From the NCBI RefSeq assembly GCF_030144855.1, contig NC_082714.1:42966001-43030000 (forward strand): a stretch of DNA of 64,000 nucleotides. Reading direction: 5' to 3'. Numbering within the stretch: the stretch's first letter is position 1; each line of letters begins with the position of its first letter. A program made the position numbers and the translations under genes. The DNA is from Hypanus sabinus. Taxonomy: Eukaryota. Positions 42,184 to 55,122 of the stretch are shown piece after piece. A model generated the notes under the pieces. That model worked only from the letters and a program-made list of their open reading frames with translations. It was not told the origin of the DNA and did not search any database.

Positions 42184-43972
42184 CAGGTTTCCCCCGCTAT
42201 CCGAAGTTAGAGCGTTCCTATGAAATGGTTCATAAGCCAGAATGTCTTAAAGTGAATTAGCAATTACCATTTACTTATATGGGGAAAAATTTGTGAGCAT
42301 TCCCAGACCCAAAAAATAACCTACAAAATCATGCCAAATAACAAATAAAACCTAAAATAACAGTAACATTTAGTAAAAGCAGGAATGATATGATAAATAC
42401 ACAGCCTATATAAAGTAGAAATACTTTTCTGCAATCATTGCAGCACTGTCTAGTGTAGCAAAAATTTCACTATGTAGTACCACTAGTGTAGTGGAAGCAC
42501 TCTCTCCAGTAACCTTTAAGTTATGAAGCTGCCAAATCATACCAAATAACACATAAAAATACACAGCCTATATAAAGTAGAAATAATGTATGTACAGTAG
42601 TTTCAGTTACTGGAATCAGGAAGACAGCGAGCACACTGATGATGGTGTGTTGGGCTGAGTCATCGGAGGTTGGGGTGGTGGGAGGTACAGGAGACTGGGG
42701 GTATCTCATTGTCGTCTGTTGCCGTCAGGGTAGGCAGGTCACTAACATCTTCTATGTCTGCCCGCCTCGATGTCAAAGGTTGAGGTTCATCGGCTGATGT
42801 GGAAGGCTTGAAAAACGACAGTATGCTTGACTGCTTAGCCTCGTGCATTTTTCTACCATACCGTTCTTTGTAAGCACTCAAACCATCCTGCAAATATGCC
42901 CTAAACCTATGTACCCTTTCAAAATTAAAGTCATACTTTTCTGCAATCATTACAGCATTGGCAATTGCAGCAAAAATCTCACACAATCGCTTCATGTTCA
43001 ATTCCTGGATGACTTCACTTTCGGGCCATTCACTACTGGGTTTGGTTTCGATTGTTATCCTTTCCTCTTGCAATTGCATCAGCTCTTCATCTGTCAGTTT
43101 CTTCTATCGAAATAAATGTCTTGCTTGGCAGTTTTTTCCAATAAATTGCAGTTTCGTCACAGTTAAACACTTGCTTATACGAATAACCACTTTCTGTAAT
43201 TATTTTCTTCTGTTCTGCTGCGAACTTCTCAGCAGCTTCAGTATCAGCTGAAGCGCTCTCTCCAGTAAATGTTAAACTATGATGCTGCCCTCACCTCAGA
43301 AACTGATCAAACCACCCATGACTACCTTTAAATTCCACTTGCGCAACACTTTCATCACCATCGTCCAGTGATTTGTTTCAGCTTATTAAAAAGGCTGACT
43401 GATTTCTCCTTAAGTATATGATAACTTAACGGAACACCATGCTTTGTACACCAATCAATCCACTCGAGCAAAAGACTCTCCATTTTATCCATTACTGGAT
43501 GCTGACTAAAAGAGACCACTTTGCTACGAGCAGAACCAACCATTGGCAGCTTTCAAGATTCATACTCTTTGCATGTAAATGATGGACACAGGCAAGTTCA
43601 ACACGTGGACAATGTTCTTACTTCGTTCACCATGATCGAAATACTTAATTATTTCTTGTTTTACGCTAAGTGTAAAACCCTTATGAGCTCTTTTAGGCTT
43701 TTCAGATACCATAGAGCTTATCTTGCTAACGAATGCACAAAGTAAATTGAGATAAATCACAGATGCTCACAGGCACGTGTTTAAGCTATGACGGCTAGAA
43801 TGCAGTTCCGGGGAGGAGCTTGGCTGCTCGAGGTGCGCACTGCCTTTTGTCACGCGCTGTCTTTTTTAGTAAAAGTGAAACACTCTTCTGTTAGCAAACA
43901 CAGGTAACTAATGTAGGTCTTTCGTAACAGCAAGATGTCATAAAGCAAACATTCAAAAAAACAGGGGCCACG
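42184..43972 (-). mobile_element. Tigger-like DNA transposon
   Basis: CAGGTTTCCCCCG left end, TA flanks, CENP-B-like ORF remnants (43560-43760, 43355-43543, 42660-43079); absent at the equivalent site in block A (about 8005). Confidence 0.85.
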
Positions 43973-45348
43973 TATATGTTTATTTGAATCAAATTCTATA
44001 TTTAAAAAAGCCTGTATATTTTAAAAACTGCACTATATATTTAAAGGAATAATCCTGAGATCCTTTTTGCAAAATACTGTTAGTGTTCTATTCCATAATA
44101 ACTTTAAAATCAAGCATCCTCTTGATTATATTGGATACTATCAGTACATACTCAACTGTTGATTACAGTACTTACACTTGACATTGTTTGTTTATTGGAA
44201 ATAATGTACTATTTAACCCAACACAAAATGTTGGAGGAACTCAGCAGGTCAGGCAGCATCCATCGAAATGAACAGATAATCAACATTTGACTATTCATTT
44301 CCATAGATGCTGCCTGACCGGAGTTCCTCCAGTATTTTGTGTGTTGCTTTGGATTTCCAGCAAATGCAGACTTTCTTGTGTTTCTTTATGCATCCAAACT
44401 TCCAACTCAATATTAACCCCCTCCCATATTTCTCAACCATCACACTTCTTTCTGGATATTATAAATATGTCTTCCTGTTCTCTCTTAATTCCTTTGTTTT
44501 ATCCACACCTTTTTATTTCACTTTTAATGATTTTCATTTCTCCTTTGCTAATTTATCTGCTTGCTTCATTTTCTCCATGCCCTGTAGGTTTACCCAGTAT
44601 GCTAATGCAAGCTGTGTTCTCTGTTCCAGAGGTGTGACTCTTCACTCCACCTGCATTACCGCCACTAGTGTTGACCTTATTGCACTGTCCCACACCAGGT
44701 TAGATTATCTGTTCACTTTTAAAGTGCAATTGTTAATTCCACACTTGAAAAAATTCACGATTTTGCAACTTGTGCTTTGATCTCGCTGCCCTTATTCATA
44801 GCTTCTGTGCTCTTTCTAACTGCACCCATTAATTTGACTGGGTGATCTCTTGGAATTTCAAAGACCTGAGCCTTGCACTATTAGAAACAAGGGTCCTTTG
44901 TCCTTCCATCCTCTGTAACTTTATTTTCTCTTCCCAGAGTCATGTTACCTTTGTTCTGATTTTCCTTGACCTGTTGAGCACTTCTATTACACTTTTTATT
45001 CAGTAGTTTAAATTGGTTTATTGTCACATTTGCTGTTGGATGCTATTTATACAGGTAAGTCCATGGCATAATTACATTAAATTAGTGCAAGGGAAAAGCA
45101 ATAACGGTGCTGATTAGTGTTGTGATTACAAAGTGCAGTGCAGGTAAATAAGGTGCAAGGTTATAAGGTCATCTGAACTCTGGATTCCATTTTACACAAG
45201 GTCTGATTAATTGTTAAATTGTAATTTGAAAAGAAGTACTTAACTAATATTTTTTCATTTTTGTTACAGGTCTGATGTTTAATGGATTGAAGTGTGCTCA
45301 TTGTTTTCACAGGAGCAATATCACACTCACAGACCACTTTGTTAGGTA

Positions 45349-46028
45349 CAGTGGCATGCAAAGATTTGGGCACCCCAAGAGATTTGAGCTTTCAGATAAC
45401 TTTTACCAAGGTCTCAGACCTTTATTAGCTTGTTAGGGCTATGGCAAGTTCACAGCCATCATTAGGAAAGGCCAGGTGATGCAAATTTCAAAGCTTTATA
45501 AATACCCTGACTCCTTAAACCTTGTCCCAAGAATCAGCAGCCATGGGCTCCTCTGAACAGCTGCCTAGCACTCTGAAAATTAAAATAATTGATGCCCACA
45601 AAGCAGGAGAAGGCTATAAGAAGATAGCAAAGCGTTTTCGGGTAGCCGTTTCCTCAGTTCGTAATGTAATTAAGAAATGGCAGTTAACAGGAACGGTGGA
45701 GGTCAAGTTGAGGTCTGGAAGACCAAGAAAACTTTCCGAGAGAACTGTTCGTATAATTGCTAGAAAGGCAACTGAAAACCCCCGTTTGACTGCAAAGGAC
45801 CTTCAGGAAGATTTAGCAGACTCTGGAGTGGTGGTGCACTGTTCTACTGTGCAGCGACACCTGCACAAATATGGCTCATGGAAGAGTCATCAGAAGAAAA
45901 TCTTTCCTGCATCCACGCCACAAAATTCAGCGTCAGAAGTTTGCAAAGAAACATCTAAACAAGACTGATGCATTTTGGAAAACAAGCTCTGATTTGACTT
46001 GGGGTGCCCAAACATTCGCATGCCACTG
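45349..46028 (+). mobile_element. Tc1 transposon, internally deleted, nested in an older Tc1
   Basis: TIRs CAGTGGCATGCAAAGATTTGGGCACCCC / GGGGTGCCCAAACATTCGCATGCCACTG; TA duplication; ORF 45522-45968 (GYKKIAK, RSGRPRK); empty site in A at about 9370. Confidence 0.93.
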
Positions 46029-49000
46029 TACGTCTTTTAATGCTCAAGAGGTCCAGTTCTGACCAAATGGCAGCACGGAGAAGAAATGTGATCTAAGTGA
46101 CTTTGAACGTGGAATGATTATTGGTGCCATGCTGAGCGGTCTGAGCATCTCAAAAACTGCTGATCTCCTGGGCTTTTCACGCACACCAGTCTCTAAAGTT
46201 TATAAAGAATGGTGTGAAAAACAGAAAACCTCCTTTGAGCGGCAGTTCTGTGGGTGAAAATGCCTTGTTCATGAGGTCTGGAGATTGGCCAGACTAGTTC
46301 AAGCGGATGGAAAGGAAACAGTAACTCAAATAGCTGTTACCACAGTGATGTGCAGAAGGGCATTTCTGAACATGCAACTCATTGAATCTTGAAGTGGATG
46401 GGTTACGGCAGCAGAAGACTGCACTGGGTTCCACACCTGAGTGGATATTGAAACAATATATTTACCATTCCTGAAATGTATAATGCTCTTAAAACTAAAT
46501 TAGAGACGTACTGAGGTTAGATGAAATACGTTAGCTGTTAGAAGTGAAATAAAACAATAGTGGAAATGTTGAATAGCTTCATGTTTTAGTCATTGTACTT
46601 TCAATTGAGCTCTGTCTTTTGACCACATTGGAAAACAACCTTGAATTAATACTTCCATTGTTGCTTCTTTTGCTGGTTTTCTGACTAATGTGGGAAGAAA
46701 TGATTACACTTTGTCCTGATGATCCCTTTGTCCCTCTGTTCTGGAAAAACTTTTTTAATATATAAAGAACTGTTTATAGTCTGAGGAAAGGTGTTTGTAG
46801 ATATGTCAGATGTTTCAGATTTAAATTGAGTGTTGCTTGACCAGTGTTTCTGATCATTTTCTGCTTAATTTCAAATACTGGGCACTTGAAGGTTTTTCTG
46901 CTTTACACTAATGCAATGGAATGCTTGACAACCACAATGATTTTGCTATAGCTTGGGAATGAAATAAAACTTTGGTTCTTGATAGTTGAAAGCCAGGTGC
47001 CTAAATCTATTAGATCATGTAGAGCTGGGGTGATGGAATAAGTGGACTTCAACCTCTGAAGTGCCTGTTGGATCCCTTTCCAAGCATTGCGAGCTTGCCA
47101 AGCCATGTTTTATCGGCAATATCTTAAGTATCGACTCTCAAGCAAAATTGTAGGGATACAGATGTTTAGAAGTAGTGCTATAACACTTTAGAACACCAGA
47201 GTCTTTTAGAGCTAATCATTATGGTACATGAAACCAGCTTTAAAAATGTAGTTGGCATCTACACGCTATTCAGAAGTAATTCAATCACAATGGACACGAG
47301 AGAATCCTTGGATGCTGAAAATACAAGCAACACACACAAAGCTGAGGAACTCAGCAGGTCAGACAGCACGGAAGAGTACTGTTGAAATTTCAGGCTGAGA
47401 CCCTTTAGTAGGATTGGAGGAGTTGTTAAAGGGTGGGGGTGGGGGTAGGGTTGCAGAGAAAAACAAAATGATAGTTGAAAGCTAAGGGGGGGGGGGGGTG
47501 AAGTTAAAAAGCTGGGAAGGTGATTGGTGACCATGCCTGCCTGTTTGTTGGCAACATGGCTGTCCCACATTGATGACTGCATTGGTGCTCTATATGGAGC
47601 TCGTTGACTTCATCCACTTCGCTTCCAATTTCCACCCTGCCCTCAAATTTACCTGGTCCATTTCTAACACCTCCTTCCCCTTTCTCAATCTGTTGACAGC
47701 TTATCTACTGATGTCTATTGTAAACCCATGGATTCACAGCTACCTGGACTATACCTCCTCCCACCTTTCACTTGTTTAGAAACACTATCCCCTTCTCTCA
47801 ATTTCTCTGTCCCCACAACTGCTCTCAGGATGAGGCTTTTCATTCTAGAATGAAGATGTCTTTCAAAGAAAGGGTCTTCCCTTCCTCCACTACCACGCTG
47901 CCCTCAACCATGCCTCTTAAATTTCACACACGTCTGCTCTCCCCCCATCTTCCCACCACCCTACAAGAGATAGGGTTCCTCTTGTCCTCCCCTTCCACCC
48001 CACCATCCAAGCACATAATTGCTTACAACTGCTATCTCCAATGGGATCCCACCATCAAGCACATCTTTCCCTCTCCCCCACACCTCCACTTTATAATTTC
48101 CACAACTCTGGTCCATTCATCCCTCCACATTGATCTCTGCTCCTGGCAAGAACAAGAGCTACACAACCTCACTACCATTCAGGGCCCCAAACAGTCCTTC
48201 CTGCTGAGCTGACCTGTGAGTGCTGGGGTTATATACTGTGCCTGGTGCTAGTGGTGTGGCTTGAACATCAGTGGAAGCCAATGTAGATTGAGAGACTGCT
48301 TCACCAAGCACCAATGCTCCATCCGCCAGAAAAAGTGGGATCTCCAAATGGTCACCCATTTTACTTCCACTTCCCATTTGATATGTCTATCCATGGCCTC
48401 CTCCACTGTCGTGATAAGGACACACTCTGGTTGTAGGAACAACACCTTGTATTCTGTCTGGGTAGCTTCCAACCTGATGCAATTAGCTTCAATTTCCAGT
48501 TTCTGGTAATGCCCCGCCCTCCCCCTTACCGCTCCCCATCCCCTTTTTCCTTCCTTTATCTCCTTGCCTGCCCAATTGCTTCCCTCTGGTGTTCCTATTT
48601 TCTTTCTTCCATGGCCTTCTGTCCTATCAGATTTCACCTTCTCCAACCCTGTATCTCTCTCAACAATCAACTTCCCAGCTGGTTACTTCGCCCCCCCCCC
48701 CTCCCAGTTTTGCCTATCACCTTGTTTCTCACCACCTTTTAACTCTACTCATCTTTTTCTCCAGTTCAAAAGGGTCTTGGCCTGAAATGTCAACTGCATT
48801 CTCTTCCATAGATGTTGCACGGCCTGCTGAGTTACTCCAGTATCTGGTGTGTTCCTGTGAAGTAACTCCTTGGTAGCTGAAAAAGTAAATTGACTTGATT
48901 ATTGAATATTTTAATAGCTAATTCCATTTGCAAAGACCAAAGTAGAAATTTAATCTTATTGCATCTACTCGCATCTTCTGATTGGTGTTTATTTGGGTTG

Positions 49001-49979
49001 AAATATGATTGAAAAAATGTTCAGTACACCAGTGAAATATTTCATTGCAGAAAAGAATTATGAATTTAGTATAATAACATGCCTGTACCAACAGTGAAGG
49101 CTCCTAATTGAAAAGGATGGCAGAAGCAGGACGAGATCAGAGCAGCTCTAGGACCATGTAGACTGTTGCTAGACCACAAAGGTTACTTTTGTTGAATAAT
49201 GAAACTAATCAAATTCAAACAAGCAGGGAAAAATTGCCTGGTCACAAGACTAACCTATTTGCTTTACTTTTAGGTTTAGCTTGCTTTAATAAAAATGAAT
49301 TAGTTTGCAAATTATAGCCAGATTTGGAAAGATTGATTCTGACAGAATAAAAATGCATCAGATTAAAGTTCTTCTACATGTCCTATGCTGTATCTAATGT
49401 GTCATTTAGTCTCTTGGGAAAAGTTTAAACACAACCAATTACATTCAAAATAAACTTGGGTAATAGCATATACTGAAAAGTTTCAAATCATGCAGTCTGA
49501 ATAACAGAATTCAAAGTAATTAACTCATTGAAGCTGTTTTCAAGTGGTAGTTATCCTTTCTGATGACCATTAGCATAGCTGGATTTGGTGTTGTCTTTGG
49601 AAAATTACTAAGTTTGATTTGCTTCGTCTTCTAAAAAGATAGAGTGGAATTTTAAGCTCTTGCTTCATGACAATATCTAGGTGGATAGGAAAAACGGACA
49701 AATGTGCATTCAATTTGCGAAGCATTTAGGTATTCACTTTAGTACAAACAAAAACTGAGAAAGACAGAAGATCATCTCTAAATATCAGTTGCAAATTTAA
49801 TTTTTTTAATTGGTCCAGTCTATCAAAAATAGATTTGGTTTTTTCTTTCACCAACATTTCAGCATTGTAAAGTCCAGTTTATAATGATAAATAAGATTGA
49901 AAGATCTGCTTTCCACAAACTGGAATATCATCTGCCACTCTACAAGCTTCCCCATCCAGCACTTAATTCTCTAACTTCT

Positions 49980-51215
49980 GACATCTCCAACAAAATCCCA
50001 CCATCAAGCACATCTTTCCCCTCCTCCTTCTCCCTACTTTTTGCTTTCCAAAGGGATTGTTCCCTACATGACTCCCTTGTCCATTCAACCCTCAGTACTG
50101 CTTTCCTACCTGGGCCTTGTCCTTACAAGTGGAACAAGTGCTAGACCTCCCTTACCACCATTCAGGACCCCAAACAGTCCTTCCAAGACAGGTAACACTT
50201 AACCTGAAGTCTGTTGGGGGTCACCTGTATCGGGTTCTCCTAGTGTGATCTGTATATCGGTGAGACTCAATGTAGATTGGGAAACCACTTCACTGAGCAC
50301 CACCAGAAAAAGTGAGATCTCCAACGTTCACCCATTTTAATTCCATTTCCCATTCCAACATGTCCATCCACAGCCTCCTCTGTTACAGTGATGAGGCCAC
50401 ACTCAGGTTGGAGGAGCAGTACCTTATATGCTGTCTGGGTAGCCTCCAACCTGATGGCATGAACATCGATTTCTCAAACTTCTGGTTATACCTAGCCCCC
50501 CCCCCCCCCCACCTTTCACCATTACCATTTCACTCGCTTATCTCATCTCACCTGCCCATCACCTCCCTCTTGTGGATCCTCCCACAGAACCATAGAACAT
50601 TACAGCACAGAAACAGGCCTTTTGGCCCTTCTTGGCTGTGCTGAACCATTTTCTGCCTAGTCCCACTGACCTGGTTTGTGAGTTTTGTTTCTTTTTTTTG
50701 TGTGTGTGTGTGTGGGAGGGGATGTTGATGTAAGGCCTTTCTGTATTTCATGGCCGTCTGGATAAGACAAATATCAGAGTTGTCTTGTACGTGCATACTT
50801 AGGCAATAAAATAAACCTTTAAATCTTGACCCTCTCACCATGAAGATTCAATGAGAACTGGAAGGGCAACATATTAATCTTATTGATTAGAGTTTACACA
50901 CCTCCCCCTTTTCTTTCTTCCTTTCTGTCCTCTTATCAGATTCCCTCTTCTCCAGCCCTTTTATGTCTTTCTCCAATCAACTTCCCAGTTCTTTTACTTC
51001 ACCCTTCCTGGTTTTACCTACCGCCTTGTGCTTCTTCCTCCCCACCCCCCCCCCCACACCTTCATACTGATTTGTCTTTATTTCTGCAGTCCTGATGAAG
51101 GGTCTCGGCCCAAAACGGCAACTGTACTCTTTTCTATAGATGCCTGGCCTGCTGAGTTCCTCCAGCATTTTGTGTGTGTTGCTTAGATTTCCAGCATTTG
51201 CAGATTTTGTCTTGT
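49980..51215 (+). mobile_element. Penelope-like fragment with small nested LINE 3' ends
   Basis: YIGETQCRLGNHF and DEATLRLEEQYLICCLGSLQPDGMNIDFSNF. Confidence 0.7.
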
Positions 51216-51637
51216 TCATTAATGTGTTTGCATCTTAAATACTGGTTAAGTGGTCATTATAGATCACAAGCTCTGAGATTCTGCTAATAATCTTCCCTGA
51301 GGACTGTGATGATGGGCAAGTTCCTCGCCTGAGACAATATTCCCAGTTTTTAACAGTACTTTTCAAAGGTCACAGGCACATAGGTGGCTAACACTTGCAC
51401 AGAACAGTATCTGTGAATGTGAAGCAGAGAGCAAGTTTGTAAATCTGGCAGGAGCAAAAGATGTTGGGAATGGTGCAGGTGGAGCACCACGGGAGGGTTG
51501 TGGGACAAGTGATACAGAAGTCACTTGTTTATTCTATATATTAGAATATACCAAATTGTCCTTGGAAGAGTTTGAATAATTTATAATTTCTCATGCTATT
51601 AATTGACTTCAATTAACAAAATTTTAATGGACAACTA

Positions 51638-53397
51638 CCGTAAATTCCAGACTATAAGCTGCCACTTTTTTCCCACGCTTTGAACACTGCGGCCTATACT
51701 ACGGTGCAGCTAATGCATGTTTTTTTTCATGCCGCCAAAAACATTTTGCCTCGTAACAGTAGACCAATAAAATTGATGAGTAGCTCAGAGGTCCAATGAA
51801 ATTGTACGATAAAACAAGCGCACTTTCACAATTAAATTATTGTAAATCAGTCATTTGTACTCACCCTCATCAACATGGAAAACACTCGAAGAAAAGCATA
51901 TGATGCAGCTTTTAAGTTAAAGGCGATCAATCTGGCGGTTGAAGAAGGAAATCGAGCTGCTGCACATAATCTTGGCATAAATGAATCGATGGTGAGACGG
52001 TGGAGACGCCAGCGTGAAGAACTGAGTCAATGCAAAAAGACAATAAAAGCTTTCAGAGGTAATCATAGCAGATGGCCCGAACTTGAAAACTTTCTTGAAG
52101 ACTGGGTTAACACATAGAGAGCAGGCAGCCGCGGTGTTTCCACCGTGCAGATCAGACTGAAGGCTAAAGCAATCGCCACCAAAATGAAAATCGAAGATTT
52201 TAGAGGTGGGCCATCGTGGTGTTTCAGATTTATGAGACGAAAAGGCCTGTCCGTCAGGGTACGCACGACTCTGTGTCAGCAGCTCCCTCCCGACCACGAG
52301 GAAAAACTTGCTAACTTCCGCACATTCACTCAAACAAAGATAGCGGAGAATTCCATCGGGCCAGATGATATCATAAATATGGATGAAGTACCTTTGACGT
52401 TTGACCTGTCTCTCACTCAGACTGTTAATAAAAAAGGTGACTCGTCCATCACACTGAAAACAAGTGGCCATGAGAGAACGCATTTTACTTGTGTTCTGAG
52501 CTGCACAGCATCCGGACTAAAGCTTCCACCGATGGTGATTTTTAAGCGGCTGACAATGCCAAAGGAAAAATTCCCAAAAGAAATCATGGTGAAAGTCAAT
52601 AAGAAAGGTTGGATGATGGAGAGTCTAATGAAGGATTGGCTGAGAGAGTGCTACGCCAAGCGACCAGGGGGATTTTTTCACAGAAAAAAACGGGGCTGTG
52701 AGTGGGAGGCTTGGATGACGAGCGGCGAGAAATCCTTTACCAAAACAGGACGCATGCGAAGAGCATCTTTAACTCAAGTCTGCCAGTGGATCCTAAATGC
52801 GTGGAGCCGTGTCACAACATCCACCATCACCAGCGGGTTTCGAAAGGTTGGACTGCTGCGTGATGAAGAGGACCGCGTGGCTCAAGAGCGACAATGAGGA
52901 GACTGAAGTGAATGACGAGATCCTGAGGTTGTTCAATTCGGACACTGAAGAAGAGGACTTTGATGGTTTTTGTGCGCAGGAGGAAGATGAAGAAGGCGAT
53001 CAATAACTTTTCCTGGTAGGCTGCAGTATATATATATTTTTTTACCAGTCATTAGGAGATATTGGAATGTTGTTCGTGCACTGTTCAGTAAAAAAGTATA
53101 CGCAATGTAATTTGTGTGTTACCGATACGTATGTATATTTAAAAGTAGCTGTGTTACAGGCACTGTTCGAAAAAAAGCATTTGCAATATGTATTTGTTTA
53201 TGTTACCATACGGATTTAATTAAAAGTTAAAAAATCCTCACGTGTAATATCTTTCTGTGTAAATATCTCATATTACAAGGTGGGACACCTGCGGCTTAAA
53301 ATCCGGTGCGGCCTGTACAAGTACAAAATTGATTTTCTTTCTAAAATTAGAGCGTGCGGCTTTTAATCAGGTGCGCTCTGTAGTCCGGAATCTACGG
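51638..53397 (+). mobile_element. pogo-like (POGK-type) DNA transposon with deleted DDE domain
   Basis: TIRs CCGTAAATTCCAGACTA / TAGTCCGGAATCTACGG; TA duplication; Brinker-type DBD (51875-52117), CENP-B HTH and NMDEVP DDE start (52145-52897). Confidence 0.92.
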
Positions 53398-55122
53398 TAA
53401 ATCTTTAAAAATGTATTTAAGTAGTATAATAATTTGGAATTGTAGCTTTGCCTCCCAAATGATCCCTTAATAAAATTCACAATATATCAAAAAAAACTAT
53501 CACCCCTTCTTTAAATTGAATTGGGATTCAAAACTGCATCTTGGTCATCAAATTGATAGAAGCAGATGTGAACATTAAATTCATATTTAAATCTGGGACA
53601 AAAATAGAACACATAGGGTAACTTCACGTATCCAATCAGAAGGCTATGCATGTCTTTGACAGAATATAGCCTTTGGCACAATTGACTCACAATTTACATT
53701 TGAATATAAATGTGGCATTATACAATTTAGTAATCATCTTATCCGTTTGAAGGTTCCCTAGTAGATTTTCCATTGCACAAGAGGAACTTTTAAACATTCG
53801 AGCAATCTGAAATCTCAAAGCTTATAGGCCTGCTGATAGAGAAATTCAGTTTCAGAAAAAAATACCTTTACTTAAAATTCATTAAACTTAACAAAAATTA
53901 TATTCAAAAGAGCAATGGTGATCAATTACCAGATCCCATTTGTTTTGATTCTGATAATCAATCTGCTCAATCTTTCATGTGTTGAAAAGACGAACAATAC
54001 TTGAATAGATCTCTTCTGCTATTTGTAATGAATCTACTTTTACTATCTTCTTCATATGTAGTTTTTCTTACTAACTTTTATCAAACCCTTTCAGCCAGCA
54101 GAGCTGCTACTTGTGGCATTCATTCGCTTTACTCCTTCACAGAACTTTTGTTCTCTCTACCCTTCCTCATATGAACCGGAAATGCTAGATGTTTTGAAAT
54201 TGCAGAAGATGAGAAGTTATCAAGCTAAACCATAGATTATCTTAAGACAATCTGTTGCATTTCCAACATCTGTAATATTTTGCTTTTGGGTTTTCCCCTT
54301 AACAATGTTGGCATTAGTTTGAATTGTTGATCCCAGATGATAGCCTGAACTGACAATCTTTTATATTCAATGACTTCTTTTTCCCAACTCACTGTCATCC
54401 ATTGGTGGTATTTTTGCCTTCTCCAAAGCTGATACAGAACTCCTTGAATACTGACTTTCATTTTCACAGTATTCCAAAGCATTAAGTATGTTCCTGTTGC
54501 CTTGTTCTTGGCCTTCTGTGGGGTTGCCTGATATATTTGGAAGAAATTAATCTGGTGAGCTTGTCAGTACTATAAAGGATTCCCAAAGTATGTTCCAACA
54601 TCTGATAGGGATACCTAGAGATCATAGTTCTTGTTGTGTATTTAATACTTGAGTATAATTTGAGTACAGTAATTTTGTAAATATATTTAAGCATTGTTGT
54701 CTTGCATAATTCATTACAGAGAATGGCACATGTCATTACACCATATCAAAACAGTGCATCTCACTAATGTAAAAACTAAATGTACATGAGTTACCCATGG
54801 CTGTTTTTCTTTCAAATAGTTTTATATTTTGGAGTTACAAAACATAACATACCTGTGCTCAAAGACAATGCATTCCCTAGAAGTGAATAGTAACCTCACT
54901 AAACTTGATCTCTTCTACTATTTTATTCAGGTACAATTTGCATTAAAACAAACTTCAATCACATTACTAATTTTGATCTTCGGTCTGCTTCCATCTCAGT
55001 GTCTAACTTGTCTGTCTATCCATCTAAATTGTCCTGTGATTAGGCTATGATTAAGTGGGGGAGAGGGGAGGAATTAGTGGGCGGTGTGGCTCGAAGGGCC
55101 TGTTCCACATTGTATGTCAACT

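Larger units (their letters stand above)
40660..55120. repeat. Segmental duplication block B
   Basis: Collinear with block A, plus B-only segments 42184-43972, 45349-46028 and about 48850-54040. Confidence 0.93.

Noticed and set aside
51875-52897. Domesticated POGK-like gene
   Set aside because: Internal stop, deleted DDE core, intact TIRs and TA duplication indicate a transposon copy
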